The position numbers and the translations under genes are program-made. The notes under the pieces were generated by a model. The model was not told where the DNA came from, made no database searches, and worked only from the letters and a program-made list of their open reading frames with translations. A stretch of 64,000 nucleotides of DNA from Lingula anatina (taxonomy: Eukaryota > Animalia > Brachiopoda), in assembly GCA_051362555.1 (NCBI GenBank), contig CM120643.1, positions 25,796,848 through 25,860,847 on the forward strand, in the 5' to 3' direction. Every line of letters starts with the position of its first letter. Position 1 is the first letter of the stretch. Shown here piece by piece: positions 11,467-23,400 of the stretch.

Positions 11467-14400
11467 TTATCGCATCCTGACAAGTTCCTGTGTAGCCATC
11501 TTGATCAAATAGTTAAAATTCACGTCCAGGTGCGCCCTCCAGTATTTCCTGACCCGGCCCCATGTTTTGACTGGGAAACATGGACTGTCTATGCCATGAA
11601 AGATACGCGCTATTGTTCTTCCTGACAGAACGTGCTCCTGGCCATACAGGGAGATGAAGCCACGAATATCACCACGAACATAACCCTCATTTTCACAAGA
11701 GTCCTGAAATTGAAAATGTATTATGGTTAATATCTATAAGTCCTGTGCTTAAACCGAAATACCACCGAAATACTTCTTTACTAAACATCAAATTTTAATA
11801 TAGTTAATAGCAAGGAGACAGACTTTTGTAAAGCTTTCTTGATAGTGACCCCCCTAACTAACTTACTAGGCTAGCCACATACCTTTTATTTTATTAAATT
11901 ACCTGCAAGGTGCACACAGTTACAAGTTTCAAATTTCACCAACATATCCAATGCACTTTGCCATATTAAAAAAACTATGCATAATAATATAGTAGTCTGC
12001 AATATTTTACAGTGTACTGAAAGGGGTGTGAACTTAATAAAACTCAAATACAAGCCAACAATTTTTAATACAATATAATAGATTTCTTACCTCCTCATTC
12101 GGTCCTGAGGTAGAACACTCCAATTCTCTGCTGAAAGATAATTTACTAATTCTTCCCATGTTACTAGAATGCTCTGGCTTCATTTCAAAGTAATCAGTTA
12201 ACATGGCTCTGAGCTTGTCACTTCTTTTCATGTCAACATCATCTGAACAGTGGTAGTAGTTTTTGAAGGAGACGCTGTAAGATAAATGTAAAACTGAAAA
12301 CTACTACCCTGAGTTGTTTTCACTGATATCTAAAAGGGCTTATGTCAATATTTGTCTCCCAATGTTTTTTTCTTTATGGATATTATCATATAGCAAAAAT
12401 ACTTCACTAATTACTAAATTTGTATCTTGCTGTGTTACACACACTGACTGTAGACCATACCTCTGTAAAGCATCATGCAATTTCTGCAGCTGGTACAGTT
12501 CAGCTTTCTCCTGCATCTGGACTCGGTCATTCAGGAAGTCCAGGACCTCGTCCAGCTCTGCGTCGGTCAAATCGCCAGGGGAACGGAGGTGAAATGCCAA
12601 GTCCGAGAATTCCACCATGACTCCTGTTTTATGAGGAATACCAGTGCCTAGAATGAATAATGAAAACCTTGTGACAACAACAGAACAGGGCCAGAACTTT
12701 GGTGACAAGCAAAATTCATATGATTTCACAATCCCTACCCCATTTTCTTTGCTTCTCATGGAGCACAAGTTGAGAGAGAGAGATCCCTCCTGCAATTTTA
12801 CAAATGAAGTAACTTCCAGAGAGGACTCAAAAAGTGCAGGCTTCCACCAAGCTAAAGTGTTTTTTCCTGAAATAAATGTCTCTGAGTTTTCAATACCAGC
12901 AAAACAGGACAGGGGTTGATAGCACAGACGCAGGTTATGTTCTCACAACTTGTCCTGAACTTTGACCAGTTTGATCAGGTGTGTTCATGCTCCACATTAA
13001 CTGTTTCAGTCCTCTCTTCACTGACCCAGAGTCCCAGCCCATACAGTTATTTGAGATATCTCGTCCACAAAGAAACCAACCCAAAGAAAACCAAAGAAAA
13101 TGTGACACCCCCCCTCTCGTCCTAGGCAGAGGTGATTACCTGCTGTGTCCATGCTCCACATTAATTGTTTCAGTTCTCTCTTCACTGGACCAGAGTCCCA
13201 CCCCATACAGTCACTGAGCTCCACCACATTGAAGTCTAGACTGTTGGTCAGCTGGTCACCTCTCTGCTTAGACTTGGCTATAGCTACTGCCACTGGGGGA
13301 CACTGGGAGAGATATGCATATTAACTGTATTAATTATAATTTATCATTTATTGGAATGCTTTTCTATTTGTGGAGTTGCTTTGTCCAAATCATACTTTCT
13401 GCCAGATAAATTGTAGGCCTTATAAACAAATTAAAACAGTATTTTACTCTTTAAAGAAAAAGATTTAGAAATCCTTCATAAAGATTTTATTTATTTAAAA
13501 TTTTTTAGTCTAATCTTCACCTTCTTGGCCAAGGCCTGTAGCTGCCTGACCCCTCCATAGCACTGCAGTGAACAGGTGGCATACACTGGCTGCAGGCTCT
13601 CTATCCACTTCTTAGGGTGGAGTTCCAGGTAACACAATAGAGTGGAGATGCCTGAAATAATACCCACATTGTTACATTAAATTTTACAAAATTTTGACCC
13701 ATTTGCCCTTGAAATAAGGGTCTAAGATCATATCCAATGTCACTTTCAAAATCTCAGCAAGACTAACTTTTCCCATAATTCCTTTGGTTTGGGAGATATT
13801 CAGCATATAATATAAAAAATATTTGACAAGGGCATGTTATAATAAGCCTCACACCTGGGAAAATGCACTGACAGAGACCAAAATCCAGGTGGTTCAAGTT
13901 GGGTTTATGTGTGAGCTAATTCCAAGCCAATTCCAAGAGATGGGGATACAGGCCCTTGTCATCTAAGAGGCTTAATGCCAAAACTTCTGATTCATATTAT
14001 TAACAAAATAATTTTGTTTGGATTTATTGATTAATTAATACAGTGTATAACCATCCCTCATTATGAGCTACACTTCCTATCACTATTAACCCCTCTTTCA
14101 ACTACACTGAACAACCCAAGTCATGTGCACTTCCTAACAGCATCATCAACAACATATAACATCATAATCATGAACAGCAGATAAAAAGTCAATAACTCTT
14201 ATCCTCCATGATGGAATAATAATCTATGGACAAGTTTTATCTATGTCAAGAAGGGTCAGAAACCATGCTGGTAAATTAAATATCACAATGCAGTCTAAGA
14301 AAAGAACAAGCTTACTTGGTCAATACTGATTTTCATTAAACTTTAATAAGGGTTTAAAGTTAATGATAAACTGAACTTAAATTAATTTTCTAAAAGCTAC

Positions 14401-17400
14401 TAAAATCCCCCTAATCAGTGTAGGAAGGAAGGGGGGGATATAACTCATAGTTAAAGTCTGTTTCTTTTTTGCTGATGTTCCAAAAAAAGAAAATTAGTAA
14501 CTGAAGGATTCTAGAAAAGTTTAATTTCATGAGGTATTCAATATAATACTATTCATACAAGAAATGCAAATTTTAATATGACAGAGTAAAGTGTTGTAAA
14601 AGCATATTATCAGAATTAAGAGACTTATTTTGTGTCATGTTTTTGTCTCAGTACATGACCAGTCAGCAGGAGCTCCATGGCCACTTGTGTTAACCACCAT
14701 ATCAGATATAGTGCATGTTATCACTACTGACATGGTACAGTGTTATTGTATTCAGATGAGGTCCCTATCACCTGATTGTCCTCTACCACACTATAAAGAA
14801 ACCCAGAGATAGATATCTTACATTTTACTGTTGAACTATTCACTCAATGCTTGCCTTGTGCTCTGAAGTGACAATATGGCTGAGGCACTGGCAGCAGCTT
14901 TCACGGACGATCTCTTGACGTGTAGCATCTGTCTGGAAGAGTATGAGGACCCCCGTGTGCTGCCTTGCTACCATACATTTTGCTATGGTTGTATATATCG
15001 CCATGCCAAGCTAACTATGACTCGATACAGGTCATTTTTGTGTCCCATTTGTAGACAAGAGATACCATTTCCAAGAGAAGGACTTGTAAAACTGGAGAAT
15101 GATTTGAGTATTCACAAGGCAAAAGAACTTCTTAGTCAGCAACAGAAGCATGAAGTCGGATCCCCAATTAAAGAAATAGATGTGCATTGTGTAACACATG
15201 GCATTTCAAAAACGGTGATCAAATGTGAGAAGCATCCTACAAATGAACTGAAATACTACTGTGAAGATGATGATACCATTGTGTGCAGTGACTGCGCATT
15301 AACAGAGCACTACAGACATGGCATTGTGCCAGTTGAAGAAGCTGCATATATCACTCGAAAAAAGATTAAAACTGTCCTCGTAAAAATTATGCCAAAACTG
15401 AGCACATTTAAAGAAGCAGTTGCTAAGGAAATAGTCGGTGAATTAGAAGAATCGCAAATCATGGCAGCCTCCATCAACAAAATCAAAGAACAAACTCAAT
15501 GTATCCGAAAATTGGTTGATCAGAGGGAGCAAGAACTGATATCAGAAGTAAATTCTGCTTGTGATATCAGAAAAAAGCAGAGTAAGGCAAACATGGACAA
15601 CCTTGAACTTCACCATGCTTCCTTCCAGACTGTGTGCAATTTTGCCCAGGAACTTATCACAAATGGTTCTGACTCTGAGATTATGATTCACACAACAGCT
15701 CTGGCAGAGAGACTAACAGCGATGGAGAAGCCACCAGTCCCAACTCCAGACACACCAGCACAAATATCCTACAGTCCTGGTGAGATATCTACTGCTGGAC
15801 TGGAAGCCATGTTAGGACAGGTGACAGTACAGTTACAACCTTCTACACCAACTGGATTGGGGGCAGATCTACCAATTGAAAGATCAACACCGCATCCTCC
15901 TGTTTTCTTAGAGAAGGCAGAGTGTGTGCATTCCTTCAGTTCTAAACTGACATTTGATAAAAAGGTCATGTTCATAAGAGGTTTGGCCATAGATGAATTG
16001 CATGTGTTTATTGTACATAAAGACAGAACAAAGGTATTCATGGTTGAAGGACAATTAAAGTTTGACATAAAACTAAACCAACCATTTGATGTGGCTCTGT
16101 CACAGACTGGTCACCTGTATATAACATCAGAGGGTGACAAATGTGTCAAAGTGTACTCCACCAGGGGTCAGCACCTGACAAACATGGGCCAAGGTCAACT
16201 TGAGTGGCCACGTGGTATCTCACTGAACAAACAAGGTCATGTGACAAATGTGATGGTTTGTGACCAAATAAAGGAATCCATCTTCGTATTCCATGCAGAC
16301 AGTGGACAGCTCCTGAACACCATTCCACTCAGTATGTGTGAATTCCCAGGGTACATCACAGTGAACAATGTGAATGGTAACATTGTGATATCAGACAGGG
16401 GCAAGAAACACTGTGTACATGTGCTGTCACCTACTGGTGATTTGTTGTACCAGTATGGCACAGAAGGCAGTGGTGATGGTCAGCTGTGGTTTCCATGTGG
16501 AATGTGCACAGATAGCTATGGTCACATCTTCATTGCTGACAGTGAAAACAGCAGGATAGTAACACTGAGTCCACAAGGACAGTTTATCAGATACATTGCC
16601 ACTAAGGGTGATGGGTTGAGGTATCCTGCAGCATTAGCCATTAACCCTGCCGGCCAACTGGTGGTGGCAGAGAGGTTTGGTAAAGTTAAGACATTTCAGT
16701 ACTTACAATAACTACTCAGTTCACATTTTACATACTGCAATACTAAACATTAAAGTAACACTGACAGTTTGGAAAAACCTGCTGAGTAACTTTAATGAGA
16801 CTTTTCACTATGCACAATAATTTGACAGTATACATATTGCAATGCTGACCTATTTTTATCCTGATATATTAGGAGTTATCAGTCATTTACTGATACAAAT
16901 AACTTATATGTGCAAGTTATCTGCAAAGAGGGACAACTGCTCCTGCTAACATGATTTATACTGATGATCATTCTTACTAATACAATGTGCCTCTTCATTT
17001 TGATTACTTGCTTGCTAGGACATTATGTTGTATGTATGAGTAGTTATTGGGTGTAAGAGGGTCACTGTGCAGGCAATTTCGTCACACTTTTATAAACATG
17101 TCACAATTATATTTATATTTGGATGCATCGTGGGGTTCCCTTACAGAGCCATAGTTTTCTTTATTTAATTTCTATCTGAATATATGTATATCAATGTAAT
17201 TTCATACTCACTTCAATCAGTAATGTGGTGTGTGTTGTAAAGATTACAGAATTCAATCACTTTCCAAATCTAAGTTCCTACCACCTCCTACCTTCTTCTT
17301 TCATGTCCAGATCCATGACAGTTTTCTCTATAGCAATCCCCCTCTCATGCCCAGGGCAAAGTCTGCTGGGTTTGGGGGGAGAGAAAAGCACCAGTTCCCC

Positions 17401-20400
17401 GTCAGCGTTATTAGGAGGGGCAGGGCTTTTCTTTGGTGTGGTTGTCTCTTCTGTTGGCTAAAACAGATGTAAAATTTATCAATAAATCCATCCATAATAC
17501 ATTTTGCTGACTGATTTTTTCCCACCAATTTCCTTCATTAATTCATTTATTCCTTAAATCATGTTTGGTACACTTTCCCAGAAAAATCTCTTCATGAAAG
17601 AGAGGGAGGGAAAGAATATACATTATGCTGTGCCATAAATTGTTAGACATAAAAGAGCACCTTTTCTATTTGTTTATTTAACTCTCAAAAGTGTTTTTAA
17701 AAAGGTTGTTTACCTTCTCAGCCAGAGGCTGGTGTGTCCCAGGGGTGGCAGCTCCAGTGTCATCAAGCTGACTATAGTCAATACCATCATCTTCAAAGGC
17801 ACACTCCTGGGAAAACCAACAACACCCTTTCTACATGACTTACATTTCAACTGAATCCACACTAACTTATTTTACCCATAATATAATGTTTTACTATGCA
17901 TGATACCTTTGACTAGCTGTTGAGTTAATTAATGCCTTATCTGTATCCATATCAAGTAAATAATTGTAAGATATGCATGCTATAGAGTACACCAACCTTG
18001 AGTGCCTGCAGTCTCCTCTCCTGTACTGCTCTACACATGCAAGGTGTAAACACCTTCTTCAGCAGTTTCTTGATGGTGTATCTATCAACTGTGTTAGCAT
18101 AGGTATGTCTCTTCAGTTCACACATATCACCTCCCTGACAATAGAATCATAAAAATATAATTATTTTCTAAAGGGAATGCAGAACTACATTTTCTATCTT
18201 TATAATAGTCTGCATGTATGTGAATTAAGGAGCTTCAGTAATGGGTATATTTTCATGTTTTTAGACTTTGATATTAATTTGCTAATTTAGGCTTAAATGG
18301 CACACAGGTCTAGATAATTATTTTCAACTTGAAACAATCAATGCAGTTAACAATGTATTTTTAGACTGCTGAAGTATTTTTTGAAATGTTAATAACTGTG
18401 CTAACATAACAGTTCTTTATGAATCTGAAGACACAATTAACCTGCTGAGAAACCAAATCAATAGTAACTGTTTAAGGCCTTGCCATTTGGGTATTTGCTG
18501 GAAAACAATTCAATCCTATAAAAATGTGACCCCTGTAATACAATGAGGTCACATGACAAAGGTAGTGGATCACTATTAGGTAAGGATGATGCTATATGGC
18601 ATGTGTAACTGGACTTGTAACATGTAAAATAAGCCTTCTGGGTACAATTCCCACGTGTCAACTTAATAACCCCCACCTCTGCATCCAGGAACAAATGACA
18701 GTGTGACGGTTTCCCATCTCTCCCTGCACGCCCTATCTCCTGTACGTAACTTTCGAAACTTTTAGGCATGGTAAAATGTATGACAGCACGCACATCAGCC
18801 TTGTCCAATCCCATGCCAAACGCCACCGTTGCAACGACAATACGCAGTCTGCCAGACATGAATGCATTCTGCACACGCTTTCGCTGAGCTGCTGTCATGC
18901 CAGCATGATAGCTCTCCGCATCTCCTGCTGATTTGGGTTTGGTGGCCTTGGCTTTACCTGAAAGTTTCACATCCATTTTATTTAAAATGAAAATACTGAG
19001 AATAACATCCATTGTAATTAAAATGAAAATACTAAAAAAGTAGAAAATTCAATAAGAATAGTACAGTTATCTGTAGTTAGTAATATTTCAAATCAGATTG
19101 TTAAACCTGTAAGAATTTTACAATTATCTCAAATGCAAAATTGGCAGTTTTAAGCAACTCATTATAAATATTCATTCTCAAAGAATATAATCTTGTTTGT
19201 TTGTTTTTATGGATGACTTAAAGAACAACAAAAAGGACCATAATATACACACCACCTTTTCCTTTCTTTTTCTTATCTTCCCCAACAGCTTTACTTTCTT
19301 CATTTTCCAGAGGAGGCTTGTCCTTGAGGCAGGTTCTTATCAAGGTGGCTAGCCGCTCTGTCTGCTGTCGTCTGCTGCAGTAGATGATGATGGAGTCCAA
19401 GCTGGCAAACCTCTCCCCTTGTAAAAGGTCTATCAGGGCCTGGTAAAAAGGAAGACACAAGAACTAATTGGTATTGTAAAACAATTCCTGACATATAATG
19501 AAAAGAAAAATTAAGGACCTTGACAAGTCTGTCTAAATTCTTATTATGCTTTCAGTAAAAAAAACCTTTAGTTAACTGTCTTTCCTTCAATTAGATTGTT
19601 ATGTTCACAATCATATTCTCCAGCAAAGTGTGTAAGTTTGTGAATTGCAGGTTTTAGTAATGCCCAAACATTCTCGGTCTGCAACATCAACACTGGCACC
19701 ATGCCAAACACCATAAAAATTGATGCCAAGCCAATACAATTTTGTTCATTGGTTTAGTCAGAAGCAACAACTTCATTTTTGAGCCAGTCCATGATGACAC
19801 CCGATTTCGAACATTCTTGAATATAACTATTTACAGATCCAAGGAAACTAGGTACAAATCCAACGAAACCATCTATTTTCCCATCCAATATCACCTGTTC
19901 CTTATCCTCATCCCTGGACACAGACAGGGTCAGGTTGGGTGGTACAGGTGCCCCTCTGATGGTAGCCTGTTTGTAATCAGTTATCCCCAGGTGCTGGGCA
20001 ACACTACTCGCTGTAGACAGGGTAGCAGTAGCTGTCAGCCCCAGGAAACAGTGCACTCCCAGTCTCTCCTTCAAAACCTAAAGAATGGAGGGGGAGGGTT
20101 TCCTCATTTAGGCATTTCAGCATAATCTGGAACACTTTTACCCAGACTTGGTATGTAACAGATAAAGTTTGTGTCAAGGGGCTTTACCCAAAATAAAGCA
20201 GATGATTGGAAAGAGTTATTTACTTAACTTTGCTTAAAACTTAACAACGAGTGCTTTGCCTGTTTTAAACCATAGTATTAGCAGAAACAATAGGTGCTGC
20301 AACATTCTTTATTCTGCATTCATGCAGGTCATGATGCATGAGTATGCCGCAGCTTATGGTTTTCTGCTCGAACCATGGTTAAATGATGAACAGATGGCAG

Positions 20401-23400
20401 CCCGTCTGCTGAAGTCATTTCAGCATATAATTTGTCTTGACCAAATATATCATTTTTTAAAATAAATTCAAAATTAAAGCATGGCACAAAATATTTAATA
20501 TCTTATAAAGTTTAGATACATGTTCTTCAACCAAAGTAGATATATATAATTTTTTTTAAAGCAGGTATTAATGAAAAATTGATATGCTAGCATGGACCTA
20601 TTTAACAAATATTTTGCTACACAATTTTTGTAAATAAATCTCAAAGCTCTGAATATATTTCATGTTACCTTACACAGCCTGAGATAAGACGGCCTGAAAT
20701 GGTGTGACCACTCTGACACACAGTGCACCTCGTCAATACAGGCAAATGCTATAGGAGGGAGGCTAGCAGGAGTTGGGAAACACCCTGAGGTCCCCCCACC
20801 TCCCACAATGGCCTCGGGAGACACCAACAGGAAGTGAACTTTGCCCTCTGTGACACTCTCGATGACTCGTTCTCGCTGGACTTTGGTCATGTTCGTGTGG
20901 AGGCAAGCACCGTGAATGCCAGGAGGGAGACCAGTGACCTGAAAGTTATCATAGGAAGGTTTTATGTGAGATTGATTATAAAATTAAGATAAAATTCATG
21001 AATTTTGTGAGAGTTCTTATATTCAAAGGGATTGTGAATTTTAGAAATTCTTAATATTTTTATATTCAAAGTTAACTCATTTCATGGAACACCATAATTA
21101 CTAAATACAACATATTTGATTATATTATATCATTTCATTTCCAGGCTGAACCAGATTGCACTGTGCCAGACCTGGTCTTCCATCAGTGACACCAGTGGAG
21201 ATATGACCAGGGCAATACTTTTAGTCTTCTGAGCATACATATAGGCTGGCAGCTGATAACACAGGGACTTGCCAGCACCTGTAGAGAGTACTACCAGAGT
21301 AGACAGACCTGGAATTAATATAAACCAAGATATTCTGTACTCATAAAGTAACATTAAATTTCTACAAAATCATGGCATCAATTGCTCACATGCCAATATA
21401 AACTATGTATAAGAGCTGACAGGAGTATCAAACACACAAAAGAAGCATATTTCAATATGCTTTACCAAGAGAAACAAAAATTTATAAAGAAGTAACTACA
21501 ATTTATATAATTCTTCAAACAAAAAATGCGTACTGCATTATAATTATTCTTTTTTATTTGACATACCTGAGAGAATCCTGGTAATGGCTTCTTCCTGACC
21601 GGGTCTAAAAGCTGTGTAGCCAAATTTGTTCAAGGCTTTGTATACATCCTTGGTCACAGCTACGACAAAAAGATTTAAAATACTTGTAGACAACTCATTA
21701 AAAAGAATAACTGACAAATAGAGACAGAGTACACATTTTTTTCTTCAAGGCAAGTGTATGTGCGAGTGTATGCACAAAATAAAACTATTATCACATAGTT
21801 CTAGGTTATCCATATAGAAAACTTCACAAAAAATCAACAGATCACTATAAAGCTATTATCAAGACAACTCACAGCTACAAAATACAAAAAATTTGATTCC
21901 CAAACTGAAAAAAAAAGAAGCAGAGAATGAAATGAGTATGGGTATTATCACAATGGTTAAGAGAGATGTAGATAATCTCACCATGTGGGGTACTGTCACT
22001 GTAAGGCTGGTAGTAAGGCTCCATGGAGGGCCTGGGTGGCAGCGACTCTCTGGTTACTCTTACCACCATCTCATCTTCAAGTTCAACAGCACTTATGTCT
22101 GGCACAGAGGGAGGCTCTTCTTGGACGGTGCCTCCATATTGTGTTCTGTCTGGAGCTTTGTTTGGAGCTTTTCCAGTGCCTCTTTCTTTTGTTGAGGTTT
22201 CTAAAAATGAGAATATTTGATTTTTCTTTTTCAAAAATAATCACCTTCTTATTCATTACATTAAAATAAGTAATACCATCAGGTAATCTCCTTTTCACAA
22301 GCCATCACTGCATTCAGTCTGATTTCCAGTGAAGAAAAGAAATTTCTTGTTATGAGTCTTATACCAACAAGGTATGCAATTTCTTTCTATCTGTGTTTTA
22401 CCATAAGCTTGTTTTTGCCTAATAAACAATCATTAAGCATTTCCTAACTTATTCGAGATAACTTGCCTTCTTTGCTGTCCTGTGTTCTATCCGAAGGTTT
22501 AATTCCCCTTGCCATCATAGCTGCCTCTCTCAGACTGGGAAAATCACTGGCATCAAATCCATCATCTGCCTCCTCTTTTGATGCACCAAAACTGTTCCCT
22601 AAAATAATTTTCCAACATAATATGAGACGGAAATTAACCACGTAAACATCTATAATAATCTAACACCACTGTAGAAATCGTATGATGCATTTTATACCCA
22701 TTTATTATGCTTTATATATTTCACCGAAACAATTTTAATTGTATTAAAATACAGCAAATATTGCTTAACACAGTATTTTAAAGCCACCCACCTTTATTGG
22801 GGCATTTGTTTGCCCAGTGGCCCTCTTGACCACATTTGAAACATTTATTTCCATAACTTTTACTTCGCTCGCCAACTTTCTTCTTCCACTGTTGACGTTT
22901 GTATTGCTTGAAGTTCAGCTTGGATTTTTTGGAGAATTTCTTCACCTTCATGTTCAGCCTGACAAAGTTTTCTGAGGATATGGGCTTTGGGGCTATTGTC
23001 CTTTTTGATGTAAAAAGAAAAGTAGACATCATTATTTATCTTAACTCATGTATCTGTTTATAGTTCTTTTTAATTTCCCTCTTTAAACATCAAATCTGAA
23101 AATAACAATGAAAAGAGATTGTACAGATTACTACATAATGTGAAAGAAAAAGTAGTACTATTTACCAATGTTTGTTGAATGGAATTACTGTCTTCTTATC
23201 ACCTGTGGTCTACTTACAACTGAGTGAAAGTCAAACACCACTTACATTACAATATATAAATAAAAAGAAATTCCATTCAAGTCTAAACTACCTAGCTTTT
23301 GTCACTTTCCTCTTCTTTGGTTTTATTTCCTCTTCTTCAGAAAGATCTTGGTCATTTTCACTATTCTGAAATGAGTAAAATGTAAGATAAGAGGCATTTC

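Larger units (their letters stand above)
10793..17110. repeat. Tandem segmental duplication, copy B (holds the functional RECQL4 3' exons and nested TRIM gene)
   Basis: Homologous to 5103-10747 and separated from it by a 45-bp unrelated spacer (10748-10792). Confidence 0.92.
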
